Assembly (NCBI GenBank): GCA_028704885.1
Contig: JAQWEN010000001.1
Span: 350,679 to 414,678, forward strand
Reading direction: 5' to 3'
DNA from: Candidatus Shapirobacteria bacterium
GTDB lineage: Bacteria > Patescibacteriota > Microgenomatia > UBA12405
DNA: 64,000 nt
Under the pieces are notes generated by a model, which did not search any database, was not told the origin of the DNA, and saw only the letters and a list, made by a program, of their open reading frames with translations. Position 1 is the stretch's first letter. Each line of letters begins with the position of its first letter. Made by a program: the position numbers and the translations under genes. Positions 7,113 through 16,404 of the stretch are shown here, piece after piece.

Positions 7113-9527
7113 ATGATAAAAAATATAATATTTTTAGTAGTGTTTTTTTTCTTAAATTGCTCTAATGTTTTTGGAAATGATTATCTTTATGATGATTTTA
7201 TCAATAAAGATATAAATAAATGGGATTTTTATCCAAACGGAGGAAGTATTGATTTAATTGATGGTAATTTGATTTTATCAAGTAGTGGACTGTTTTTTCC
7301 TTATATAATCAGTAAAAATGATAATTTATTTACAGGTGAAAACAATCCATCTTTAAATATAAAATTTAAATATAACCAGTATGGTTCTATGGGGGATGGA
7401 ATTAGTCTTGGTATTACTGGTATTGATGGTCTTTTTTATGAACAAATTCAGATTTGGAGAGATACAACACATGGATCGTTAATTGCATACAATGATTTAA
7501 ATACGGCTAATAAAAATTTGTGTAGCAATCTTGGGTCAACTAATATTTCAACAGAAACAATATATACGTCTTTAGATTTAGACAATGAATGGCATGTACT
7601 AAAAATTGAAAAAGATAATACAAGATATAAAATTTATATTGATCCAGATAAAAATATTAGCCCAATTTTTATTACTCAAGAAAATCAATGCGAACCAAAA
7701 AGACTTTTAATTGGAAATAGTTATACAGGTGGTAGTACCGATTGGAATAACTTATCTATTGATAGTGTAAATATTGGACCAACTACTGCTCCTGTTGTAA
7801 AACCCAAAATTATTATTATTCCTGGGTTGGGGGCGAGCTGGAACTCGGAAGCAATTGTTTATGATCATGATGTTGGTAACGATCAATGGAAAATGACGCC
7901 TTTTGTAAAAAATTATGATGGTTTGATAGATGCGTTAAAAGAGAATAGTTTGGAAGAAAATACAGATTATTATGTGTGGAATTATGATTGGAGAAAGCCA
8001 TTAAAAGATATTGTTACTGATTTAAATAGTTTTATTAATCAAAAAATTAAATCTGGTGAAAAAGTTATTTTGATTGGTCATAGTTTAGGGGGTTTAACTT
8101 CTAGAATTTGGGCTGAAGATAATAAGAATGATTCGAGATTGGAAAAAGTTATAACACTAGGTAGTCCTCATTTAGGATCAGTGGATGCTTATGAAGCTTG
8201 GAATGGTGGTCAAATTTCTGATTTATCAAAAGTAAGTTCGATTGCTTTTAAAATTTTATTAGAGCTAAAAGGATTAACTACAAAAACTAATATGGAAGCG
8301 GTTAGAACTTATATTCCATCAGTTAAAGATTTGCTGCCGACTTTTAATTTTGTGACTAAAAACGGGACTGATTTTACCAACCAATTGGAAACAAAAAATG
8401 ATTATTTAAAAGATAAAAATAATGATGGTTTAAATTCTGGAATAAATTTAAAACTATATGCAGGTAATGGTTTTAAAACAACAAATTCAATTAATTTAAA
8501 AAATAATAATGTTTTTGATAAAGTATTAGGTATTTGGCCGGATGGAAGAATTAATAATTTTACATATACGAATGAGGGTGATGGAACAGTTTTGGTCAAA
8601 AGTGCTAATTATAATAAAAATGATTTTGTGGAATTAAATAGCAGTCATGGGGAAATTGTTGATGAAACAATTGGTAAAATAATGACGGAAATTGGTTTAA
8701 GTCAAGTTGAAATTGTAGATGAAAATGAAGATCTAAAAAACACTTTAGTATTTTTTATTGGTTCGCCAGTTAATTATTCAGTTCAGTGTGATAATGAATC
8801 CCCTGTTTTAGAAAATGATGGTTTTGTGGTTATTAAAAATAATAATTATAGAATGTGTAATATTAATTATGTTGGAAATGAAAATGGTTTAATTCATATA
8901 GTTACGGGTAATACTGATAATAATGATTGGTCATATTGGGAGAAAAATGTTATTAACGGAGAAATAGGAAACGTTAAAATTAATCCTAAAAATGGAGAAG
9001 TTATCAACAATAAAAGCAATATTTTATTTTTAAAATCGATTATTAAAGAGGATTTAAATTCTCTTTTAATTTTAAATAAAAATAATAAAGATTTAAAAGA
9101 AGCTTTAAGAAATTTGGATAAAAATCAACCAAAACGGTTAATTAAAAATATTTTTGATTTTAGAGAGAAAAATGGAGAAAAATTAATTAGCCAAAAAATT
9201 ATTGATAATACAAATTCTTGGTTATCTTTGATAAATAAATGTTCGAAAAATGAGGCAGTAAAAGGTTTTAAAACAATTAGTAATTACAGAGATTTGATAG
9301 AAAGTTTAATTTCAAATAAAAGGAATACTAAAATAAGTGTTGATGTAGCTGTTGATTATCAAAAAATTGTCGATTTATTGGAACTTAATCAAAAAGAAAT
9401 AAAAAAGAATGATTATAGTAGGGTTTGTAGTCGTAATTTTTTGATTTTAAATTATGGAAATGAAATTTTGAAAAAGAGTCACAAAAACGAGTTTAATAAG
9501 TGGTTGTTGGAGGACTCGAACCTCTGA
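7113..9527 (+). CDS. Secreted multidomain protein: signal peptide, ConA-like lectin/glucanase-like domain, LCAT/PGAP1-like alpha/beta-hydrolase (lipase/acyltransferase) domain
   Basis: Signal peptide MIKNIIFLVVFFFLNCSNVFG; IIIPGLGASWN ... WNYDWRK ... ILIGHSLGGLTSRIW gives a GxSxG nucleophile plus a YDWR motif typical of LCAT-like lipases. The 3' end overlaps tRNA-Val on the opposite strand. Confidence 0.55.
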   Translation: MIKNIIFLVVFFFLNCSNVFGNDYLYDDFINKDINKWDFYPNGGSIDLIDGNLILSSSGLFFPYIISKNDNLFTGENNPSLNIKFKYNQYGSMGDGISLGITGIDGLFYEQIQIWRDTTHGSLIAYNDLNTANKNLCSNLGSTNISTETIYTSLDLDNEWHVLKIEKDNTRYKIYIDPDKNISPIFITQENQCEPKRLLIGNSYTGGSTDWNNLSIDSVNIGPTTAPVVKPKIIIIPGLGASWNSEAIVYDHDVGNDQWKMTPFVKNYDGLIDALKENSLEENTDYYVWNYDWRKPLKDIVTDLNSFINQKIKSGEKVILIGHSLGGLTSRIWAEDNKNDSRLEKVITLGSPHLGSVDAYEAWNGGQISDLSKVSSIAFKILLELKGLTTKTNMEAVRTYIPSVKDLLPTFNFVTKNGTDFTNQLETKNDYLKDKNNDGLNSGINLKLYAGNGFKTTNSINLKNNNVFDKVLGIWPDGRINNFTYTNEGDGTVLVKSANYNKNDFVELNSSHGEIVDETIGKIMTEIGLSQVEIVDENEDLKNTLVFFIGSPVNYSVQCDNESPVLENDGFVVIKNNNYRMCNINYVGNENGLIHIVTGNTDNNDWSYWEKNVINGEIGNVKINPKNGEVINNKSNILFLKSIIKEDLNSLLILNKNNKDLKEALRNLDKNQPKRLIKNIFDFREKNGEKLISQKIIDNTNSWLSLINKCSKNEAVKGFKTISNYRDLIESLISNKRNTKISVDVAVDYQKIVDLLELNQKEIKKNDYSRVCSRNFLILNYGNEILKKSHKNEFNKWLLEDSNL

Positions 9528-9574
9528 CCTCTTCGATGTGAACGAAGCGCTCTAACCAACTGAGCTAAACAACC
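9501..9574 (-). tRNA. tRNA-Val (anticodon CAC)
   Basis: Reverse complement folds as GGTTGTT-TA-GCTC..GAGC-G-CTTCG-TTCACAT-CGAAG-AGGTC-AGAGG-TTCGAGT-CCTCC-AACAACC-A. Confidence 0.8.
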
Positions 9575-9613
9575 TTGGTGAACTAGATTATACCAAGATC
9601 ATTAAAATTACAC

Positions 9614-9619
9614 TATAAT
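9614..9619 (+). promoter_or_regulatory. TATAAT -10 element 8 nt upstream of the lepB ATG (leaderless-type)
   Basis: Read directly; the -35 is weak. Confidence 0.3.
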
Positions 9620-9627
9620 TATTAATC

Positions 9628-10218
9628 ATGATGAACGAAATTTATAAAAAACAAGGTGGGTCGATCGGTGCTTTTATCTTAGATTTTATCCAGTCGATTG
9701 TTTTGGCTTTGGCTGTTTTTGTACTTTTATATCTTTTTGTAGCTCAACCAAACGAAGTTAAAGGAAGTTCAATGGTGCCTAATTTTGTAGATAAAGAATT
9801 TTTATTAACAGAAAAATTATCTTATCAATTTGGAACTCCAAAACGAGGTGATGTGGTTATTTTTAAGGCACCAGCAAGTGAGCCTTGTGCAGCTGAAGAA
9901 TGTGAATATATTAAAAGAATAATTGGACTGCCAGGAGACAAAGTGATGGTTAAAGGTGGTCAGGTTTATTTGAATGGTCAATTATTAAATCAGACTTTTT
10001 TACCACAAGGAGTAATAAGTGATCCGGGGCAATATGCACAAGAAGGATTAGAACAAACAGTTCCAGAAGGTCAATATCTATGTTTTGGTGATAATAGACA
10101 ACATTCACGAGATGGTCGAGAATTTGGTCCAATTAAAAAGGATTTGATTGTAGGAAAAGCTTTTTTTAAGTATTGGCCTTTGACTTCAATCGGTTTAGTT
10201 CCAACAGTAAGATTTTAA
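9628..10218 (+). CDS. lepB: Signal peptidase I
   Basis: GSSMVPNF...RGDVVIFKAP...GDNRQHSRDGREFGP...IVGKAFFKYWP are S26 family motifs with the Ser/Lys dyad context. Confidence 0.85.
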   Translation: MMNEIYKKQGGSIGAFILDFIQSIVLALAVFVLLYLFVAQPNEVKGSSMVPNFVDKEFLLTEKLSYQFGTPKRGDVVIFKAPASEPCAAEECEYIKRIIGLPGDKVMVKGGQVYLNGQLLNQTFLPQGVISDPGQYAQEGLEQTVPEGQYLCFGDNRQHSRDGREFGPIKKDLIVGKAFFKYWPLTSIGLVPTVRF

Positions 10219-11054
10219 TTTTGGAGATCCTTTTTACAGATTTGTTTGTAGAGATTTTTTAGTTCGTCGAACCTTTGGTCGATTGGTCCTTTAAACTGGA
10301 AAGTTACTTTGGTTAAAATATTGGTTTGAACAATTTTTACAGAAGTGGTTTTATTATTAAAAACAGATTGCATATCTTGGCCAATATTATCGATTTTCGA
10401 TTTTAAAAATTGAGGTAAATTTTCTTTAGTAATTGGGACATCGCCTTCTTCTATTTTTTTACGCATTCTTCTGGCAATATCTTCGGCTCGACGAACCGAT
10501 GCTTTTTCTTTTAAAATAATTTTGTAGGCCTCAATCATTAAGCGAGTATCCCCTATTCCAGATAAAGCTCGGGCATGACCTTCGCTAATTAATCCAGATA
10601 ATAAACCATCTTTGATAGCATCAGGAAGGGTCAATAATTTAAGACAATTAATAACATAGGGAACACTTTTACTAACTTTTTTGGCGATTTGATTATTATC
10701 AAAACTAAATTCTTCTTTTAATCTTAAAAAAGCTTTTGCTCTTTCCATTGGATTTAAGTCTTTTCGCTGAACATTTTCAACAATGGCCATCTCTAGCATT
10801 TGTTGAGGAGTGGTTTCTTTGATAATGGCGGGAACGTACTCTAACTTGAGGGTTCTAGCAGCTCGCCAGCGCCTCTCCCCGGCAATTATTTGATATCCGG
10901 CTGGAGTTTTAGCAACAATGAGAGGTTCAAGGATTCCATGTTCTTTAATTGATTCAATTAATTCGGAAATCGATTCTTGATTAATAATACCTCGGGGTTG
11001 AAGTGGGTTTGGTTCTAGCTGATTGGTTGGAATTTGACTGACCTGTTTCATCAT
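10215..11054 (-). CDS. parB: ParB/Spo0J chromosome partitioning protein
   Basis: LQPRG...ESISELIESIKEHGILEPLIV...GYQIIAGERRWRAARTLKLEYVPAII are the ParB box motifs. Confidence 0.8.
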   Translation of the reverse strand: MMKQVSQIPTNQLEPNPLQPRGIINQESISELIESIKEHGILEPLIVAKTPAGYQIIAGERRWRAARTLKLEYVPAIIKETTPQQMLEMAIVENVQRKDLNPMERAKAFLRLKEEFSFDNNQIAKKVSKSVPYVINCLKLLTLPDAIKDGLLSGLISEGHARALSGIGDTRLMIEAYKIILKEKASVRRAEDIARRMRKKIEEGDVPITKENLPQFLKSKIDNIGQDMQSVFNNKTTSVKIVQTNILTKVTFQFKGPIDQRFDELKNLYKQICKKDLQN

Positions 11055-11120
11055 AGTTAAAGATTACTATGAAAGGCCTCGTGAAAAAAGTATCCAAAAA
11101 TGATTCAAACTAAATCAAGC

Positions 11121-11372
11121 TTAACCTTTTATGACAGAAACGATGTTTTTACCAAATTTTTTGAAAAATTTGACAATACCTGGTCTCATGGCATAAATAG
11201 TAAAATCTTTGCCAGTTTTTACACCTTTACCAGCATGAAAACTAGAACCAACTTGTCTGATTATAATTTCGCCAACTTTAATTTTTTGACTACCAAAAAC
11301 TTTAACGCCTCTTCTTTGTCCAGGTCGATTTGATTTTTGATTTGTTTTACCTTGTGATTTTGTATGTGCCAT
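11121..11372 (-). CDS. rpmA: 50S ribosomal protein L27
   Basis: MAHTKSQGKTNQKSNRPGQRRGVKVFGSQKIKVGEIIIRQVGSSFHAGKGV. Confidence 0.9.
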   Translation of the reverse strand: MAHTKSQGKTNQKSNRPGQRRGVKVFGSQKIKVGEIIIRQVGSSFHAGKGVKTGKDFTIYAMRPGIVKFFKKFGKNIVSVIKG

Positions 11373-11375
11373 AGT

Positions 11376-11690
11376 TTAGAAATTAATTTTGGTAATTTGG
11401 ATTTCGCTTAATTGAGCTCGAAAACCAGTGGTTTTTCGATAACGTGATTTTGATTTATATTTAAAAACTTTAAGTTTTTCACCTTGAAAATGTTTTAAAA
11501 CTTTAAATTCAACAGAAGCATCTTTGACAGTTGGAGTACCAACTTTAACTTTGTCTTCATTAACAATCAATAAAACTTGATCAGTTGTGGATTTTTCGCC
11601 TTCTTTAAGATCCAAAAGGTCGACAACGATTTTTTGATTTTCTTCGATTTGATGTTGGGTGCCAGAAATGGCAATAACGGCGTATTTCAT
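11376..11690 (-). CDS. rplU: 50S ribosomal protein L21
   Basis: MKYAVIAISGTQHQIEENQKIVVDLL is an L21 N-terminus; position immediately upstream of rpmA is conserved. Confidence 0.85.
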   Translation of the reverse strand: MKYAVIAISGTQHQIEENQKIVVDLLDLKEGEKSTTDQVLLIVNEDKVKVGTPTVKDASVEFKVLKHFQGEKLKVFKYKSKSRYRKTTGFRAQLSEIQITKINF

Positions 11691-11737
11691 ACTTTTGAAT
11701 TATAACATAGGAAATGAACTTGACAAGATAAAGATTA

Positions 11738-12733
11738 TTAAGATGAATAGATGATTCCGAGAGAAAAAAGTAAAGTCATTATCGATGAACCACCAACAGA
11801 AATAAAAGGTAAAGGAATACCAGTTACCGGTAAGAGACCAATGTTCATACCGATATTAATAAAAGTCTGGATCCAAATTTGAATGGCAATACCAAGAGTA
11901 AACAAAAATAATGCCCTATTTTTAGTTGAAAAAGCTTTGTTAAAAAGAGAACTGACGAGTAAATAATAAGCAAATAAAACAATGGTAATACCAATAAAAC
12001 CTAGTTCTTCGGCAGTGGTAGCAAACATAAAATCGGTGTGTTTTTCGGGTAAAAATAATAATTGTCCCTGAGTCCCCTTTTTGTAACCTTTGCCAAAAAA
12101 ACCACCGGAACCAATAGCAATTTGAGATTGAATAACATTGTAACCTTCGCCTAAAGGATCAGCCTTTGGATTTAAAAAAGTAGTAATTCTTTTTTGCTGG
12201 TAATCATGTAAGACGTATTTGTAGACAAGAGGAGAAATTAGAATAAAAATTAAGCCTAAAATAAGGGAAAGACGAAGTAATTTTTTGTTATATAGAATAA
12301 TAGGAATAATTAAAAAGAAAACGGAAATAGCACTGCCAAGATCTGGTTGCGCCATAATAATGGCGACGGGAATAAAATGAAAAAGAGGAAGATTAGTGGT
12401 GGCTAAAAATGACATGAGCCATGGTTTAACCAATTCTGACGGTTGAAGAGTAAGTCCAGCGAAATAAATCCATCGACGGGATCCTCGAGTAATACTATTT
12501 AAAATAATTGGGAGAAACAGAAGAATACAGCTGGTAATGAAAATTGGCCATTTATAAGAACTGAGTTGTTTTAAATTTATTTGTTTGCCGATGAAAAATA
12601 AAATTAAACCTAAAAACCAGGCGATTAATTGCTTAAAAACCAAATTGGGAGCAATCGAACTGATCATCAAAATGTTGATACAAAAAAGAACAGACAAACT
12701 AATTAAAGTTGGTAACCATAGTGATCTCGACAT
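11738..12733 (-). CDS. SEDS-family peptidoglycan glycosyltransferase (RodA/FtsW family; RodA-like by context)
   Basis: LPEKHTDFMFATTAEELGFIG and GIPLPFISVGGSS are SEDS signatures; a second SEDS paralog (ftsW) lies in the dcw cluster. Confidence 0.7.
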   Translation of the reverse strand: MSRSLWLPTLISLSVLFCINILMISSIAPNLVFKQLIAWFLGLILFFIGKQINLKQLSSYKWPIFITSCILLFLPIILNSITRGSRRWIYFAGLTLQPSELVKPWLMSFLATTNLPLFHFIPVAIIMAQPDLGSAISVFFLIIPIILYNKKLLRLSLILGLIFILISPLVYKYVLHDYQQKRITTFLNPKADPLGEGYNVIQSQIAIGSGGFFGKGYKKGTQGQLLFLPEKHTDFMFATTAEELGFIGITIVLFAYYLLVSSLFNKAFSTKNRALFLFTLGIAIQIWIQTFINIGMNIGLLPVTGIPLPFISVGGSSIMTLLFSLGIIYSS

Positions 12734-12742
12734 TAGACAAGT

Positions 12743-15568
12743 TTAACTTATTTTTTCAATCTTAATGTTTTCTGATTTCTCGATAATTGTCCCGAGTGTT
12801 TTTGACAAAATTTCTTTTTCAAAATTAATTGGCCAATCGGGAGCAAAAATTTTAATTTTATCTTTTAAAGATAATTGATTTTCTTTGCGAAGACTTTGGA
12901 TTTGGCGAATTAAATCTCTGGCATCACCTTCGGCTTTTAATTCGGGAGTGATGTTAGTATCTAAAATAACTGTTAAATTATTTTTAGATAAATTTATTTC
13001 AACTTCTTTGACATTTAATTCATTTTTAATAATTTCAATCAAATTAGAATCTAGATCAATTTTTTTAGAATTACTAACAGTGGCTTTTAAAAGAGGTTGT
13101 CTGGTGCTTAAATTGTTAGTTTTTCGAATCATATTCCCCTGTTCACAAATTTCTCGAACATAAAGCATATTGTCTAATAATTGTTGATCAATAGATTTAG
13201 TTTCTGGATAAAGTTCCAAATGAACAGATTCTTTGGCATTGGAATCAAAAGGTAAAACTAGATTTTGCCAAAAATATTCAGTGATAAAAGGAATTAATGG
13301 AGCTGCAGTTTTAGTAAATTGAACTAAAACCTGCCAAAGAGTTTGAAGAGCTTCTTTATCGCCATTAACAAATCGATCTCGTGACTGACGAATGTACCAA
13401 CGAGATAAATCTTCGATATATGGAGTTACTAATTTAACAGCATTAGGAATAATATATTTGTCTAATTCTTGGGCAAATTCTTGAGTAAATTGATCAGTTC
13501 TAGTAATTATCCATTGATCCAAAACATTTAAATTTTTAATTTTTAATTCAAAATTTTTAATTTCTATATCTGGAGTCCAATCGTGCATTTGGGAATAAGT
13601 GCTGAGATATTTAAGACAATTCCAAAGAGGTAAAAGAACAAATTTGACTTTGTCTTCGATTTCTTTTTCATTGATGTTCATATTTTCACCAACCATAATG
13701 ACACTGCTCATTAAATAGAGACGCATGGCTTCGCCGCCGTATTTTTGAAGAACCATTTTAGTATCAGGATAATTTTTGAAAAGTTTACTCATTTTGCGGC
13801 CATCGTTACCCATAATAGTGCCAGTGACAACACAATTTTTGAAGGATTCTGATTGAAAAAGAGCATTGGACAAAACATGAAGAGTGTAAAACCAACCTCG
13901 AGTTTGGCCGATATATTCGATGATATAGTCAGCGGGGAATTCTTTTTCTAGTTGTTCTTTATTTTCAAAAGGATAATGTCTTTCGGCATAAGGCATGGAG
14001 CCAGATTCAAACCAACAGTCTAAAACTTCGGGAACTCGATGAACTTCTTGGCCACATTTATCACACTTAATGGTGACTTCATCAATATCTGGTTTATGAA
14101 GATTGGTTACTTTTTTACCAGATCTGGCTTCTAAATCAGCGATAGATGAAGGAACATAACGCTGGCCACAATCACATTCCCAAACTGGAATTGGAGAGGC
14201 CCAATAACGAGAACGAGAAAGACACCAATCAGGAGCAGTTTCAATCCCCTGTCCAAAACGACCATTTTTAATATGATCTGGAACCCAATTAATTTTTTGA
14301 TTGGTAGATTTCATGCCATCTTTAATTGATTGGACATTTAAATACCATGCGGTTTGAGATTTGTAGATTAAAGGAGTGCCACAGCGATAGCAAAAAGGAT
14401 AACTGTGTTTAATTTTTTCTTCTTTGAAAATTAAATTTCTGGATTTTAAATCATCAATAACCAAAGGATCGGCTTTTTTAACAAAAAGGCCAGCGAAAGG
14501 AGTAACTTGGTCAATTATTTTACCTTCATCATCGACATGATCGATAACGGATAAATTATTGGCTTTACCAAAAGCAGAATCGTCTTCACCAAAACCTGGA
14601 GCAATGTGAACAATTCCAGTGCCGTCGGTCATTGAGACAAAATCAGCGTGATAAATTTTATAATCAGTTGAAGTTACTTCAAAAAAATTATAGAGAGGTT
14701 CATAAGAAAGACCAATTAAATCCTGACCTTTAAATTCTTTAACTATTTTATATTCTTGATTAGCTAAAACTGATTCAAGTCGAGCCTTGGCGAGAATAAT
14801 ATTTTCATTATTAATATTAATTTCAACATAATCCTCATCTTTATTGATAGCTAGAGCTAAATTGCCAGGAAGAGTCCAAGGAGTAGTGGTCCAAGCCAAG
14901 ATAAAAGCATCACGATCTTTTAATTTAAATTTTATAGAAATAGCTGGATCTTCAACATCTTTGTAGGAATTATCCATGGCGATTTCGAAGTTGGAAAGAG
15001 GAGTGGAACAGCGAGGACAATAAAGGGAAATACGACGACCTTTGTAAATTAAACCTTTTTTATAAAGTTCGGAAAAAACCCACATAACACTTTCCATATA
15101 ATTTAAATCCATGGTTTTGTAGGCGTGTTCGATATCGACCCAACGGCCAATATGATCGATATACCAAGGCCATTCTTGAGAAACATTTTGAACGTAGGAA
15201 TAACATTCTTCGATATATTTTTTAACACCAATTTGTTCAATGTCTTTTTTGGATTTTAAACCAAGTTTTTCTTCAACTTTATTTTCAGCTGGAAGACCAT
15301 GGCAATCCCAACCCCAAACTCGTTTAACTTTTTTACCTTTCATGGTTTGATATCGAGGAATAATATCTTTGGCGATACTGGACAATAAATGACCATGATG
15401 AGGCATACCGGTAATAAAAGGAGGGCCGTCGTAAAAAGTGTAAGTATTATCAGCTGGTCTTTGATCAACTGATTTCTCAAAAATTTTATTTTCTTTCCAA
15501 AAAGAAATTATCTCTTCTTCGAGAGCGGGGAAACTTTGGTTTTGAGGAATATCTTTAAACCTAGACAT
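12743..15568 (-). CDS. ileS: Isoleucyl-tRNA synthetase (long, type-2-like)
   Basis: YDGPPFITGMPHHGHLL (HIGH), KMSKL (KMSKS), DWCLSRSRYWASPIPVW (IleRS signature), 941 aa. Confidence 0.9.
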   Translation of the reverse strand: MSRFKDIPQNQSFPALEEEIISFWKENKIFEKSVDQRPADNTYTFYDGPPFITGMPHHGHLLSSIAKDIIPRYQTMKGKKVKRVWGWDCHGLPAENKVEEKLGLKSKKDIEQIGVKKYIEECYSYVQNVSQEWPWYIDHIGRWVDIEHAYKTMDLNYMESVMWVFSELYKKGLIYKGRRISLYCPRCSTPLSNFEIAMDNSYKDVEDPAISIKFKLKDRDAFILAWTTTPWTLPGNLALAINKDEDYVEININNENIILAKARLESVLANQEYKIVKEFKGQDLIGLSYEPLYNFFEVTSTDYKIYHADFVSMTDGTGIVHIAPGFGEDDSAFGKANNLSVIDHVDDEGKIIDQVTPFAGLFVKKADPLVIDDLKSRNLIFKEEKIKHSYPFCYRCGTPLIYKSQTAWYLNVQSIKDGMKSTNQKINWVPDHIKNGRFGQGIETAPDWCLSRSRYWASPIPVWECDCGQRYVPSSIADLEARSGKKVTNLHKPDIDEVTIKCDKCGQEVHRVPEVLDCWFESGSMPYAERHYPFENKEQLEKEFPADYIIEYIGQTRGWFYTLHVLSNALFQSESFKNCVVTGTIMGNDGRKMSKLFKNYPDTKMVLQKYGGEAMRLYLMSSVIMVGENMNINEKEIEDKVKFVLLPLWNCLKYLSTYSQMHDWTPDIEIKNFELKIKNLNVLDQWIITRTDQFTQEFAQELDKYIIPNAVKLVTPYIEDLSRWYIRQSRDRFVNGDKEALQTLWQVLVQFTKTAAPLIPFITEYFWQNLVLPFDSNAKESVHLELYPETKSIDQQLLDNMLYVREICEQGNMIRKTNNLSTRQPLLKATVSNSKKIDLDSNLIEIIKNELNVKEVEINLSKNNLTVILDTNITPELKAEGDARDLIRQIQSLRKENQLSLKDKIKIFAPDWPINFEKEILSKTLGTIIEKSENIKIEKIS

Positions 15569-15766
15569 ATGGTCTTATTATACACTAGATTTGTGGCTAA
15601 AATATTGACTTTTTAACTAATTAATGATATTATAGGTTAGTTTAATGATAAAATCATTTAACTAATACAAATCTTTTTTATCACTCAGAAACATTGCTTC
15701 TGGGTTCTATATATAAAAGATAGATCTTGAAAAAATTGTCCAATAACTTGATAGAAAGGGATTTTT

Positions 15767-16102
15767 ATGAAAAGTTTGATTAAGTTTGTCTTGTTTTTCA
15801 TGGTAATTGCCCTTGTCGTTTTGTTTGTTTCATTGATTATTAATGCTACTGATCATTTCAGTTTCAAAACAATTGATAAATTAACTATTTTAGACGACGA
15901 TTCTATCGTGTTTATTCCAGAGGGATCTTTCATTTTAGGTGATGCCTACGAAACAGTTGAAATTGGTGGTCAAATGATCAATCAATCAAAAATACCGGAA
16001 AATAAAAAAATAGGCAAAGAGACATTGATCAAAGTTGATTACAAATGTGTTGTTTACTTTGACAATGAACAGAATGAAGCGCTTAAATTATTGGGTAATT
16101 AA
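15767..16102 (+). CDS. Hypothetical small membrane-anchored protein
   Basis: N-terminal TM (FVLFFMVIALVVLFVSLII) plus a ~80-aa domain; no recognisable family. Confidence 0.3.
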   Translation: MKSLIKFVLFFMVIALVVLFVSLIINATDHFSFKTIDKLTILDDDSIVFIPEGSFILGDAYETVEIGGQMINQSKIPENKKIGKETLIKVDYKCVVYFDNEQNEALKLLGN

Positions 16103-16107
16103 AAAAT

Positions 16108-16180
16108 AAACGGTCGAGAGAAAAAATGAAGTGGTGCCAATTTGGTATCAACGAATTTTATTTTCCGACCGTTTTTTTTT
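16108..16180 (+). terminator. Long imperfect stem-loop (CGGTCG...CGACCG outer stem) followed by T9; rho-independent terminator or small structured RNA
   Basis: Outer stem 16111-16116/16166-16171, inner AT-rich pairing, T-run 16172-16180. Confidence 0.45.
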
Positions 16181-16404
16181 GCAAAAAATTGATTTTTTTC
16201 TATATTAGTGGTAAAAGTTGGTTAGCTAATTTAAATTAAAAATTAAAAGCGATAGCGCTTTTTATATAAAGATTTAAATAAAGGTCTTTGACAGATTGAA
16301 GGAGGGAAAAGAATTAAAAAATTTAAAGGAGGTTTGGTTGATAATATTATTTATTGAGGCTTAGACTTATTTAATGATGGTAGAAAGAGAGGTTTTGAAA
16401 GATA

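Noticed and set aside
7816-8599. Two minus-strand ORFs (61-65 aa) inside the 804-aa lipase gene
   Set aside because: Antisense to the lipase coding sequence, which has a signal peptide and catalytic motifs.
11055-11120. parS site upstream of parB
   Set aside because: Only a half-site-like TTTTTCACGAGG was seen; no full TGTTTCACGTGAAACA palindrome.
11100-11333. 77-aa plus-strand ORF
   Set aside because: Entirely antisense to ribosomal protein L27, which is unambiguous.
12885-13163. 92-aa plus-strand ORF antisense to ileS
   Set aside because: Inside the ileS coding sequence.
15569-15766. Possible T-box riboswitch leader upstream of ileS
   Set aside because: Reverse-complement leader read through; no T-box consensus (AGGGTGGNACCGCG-like), no specifier/antiterminator arrangement; only a TATAAT box 8 nt from the ATG and one small hairpin.
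16127-16207. 26-aa ORF (MKWCQFGINEFYFPTVFFCKKLIFFYI) inside the long terminator structure
   Set aside because: It lies within a stem-loop, is very short and hydrophobic by composition bias, and has no SD; more likely non-coding.
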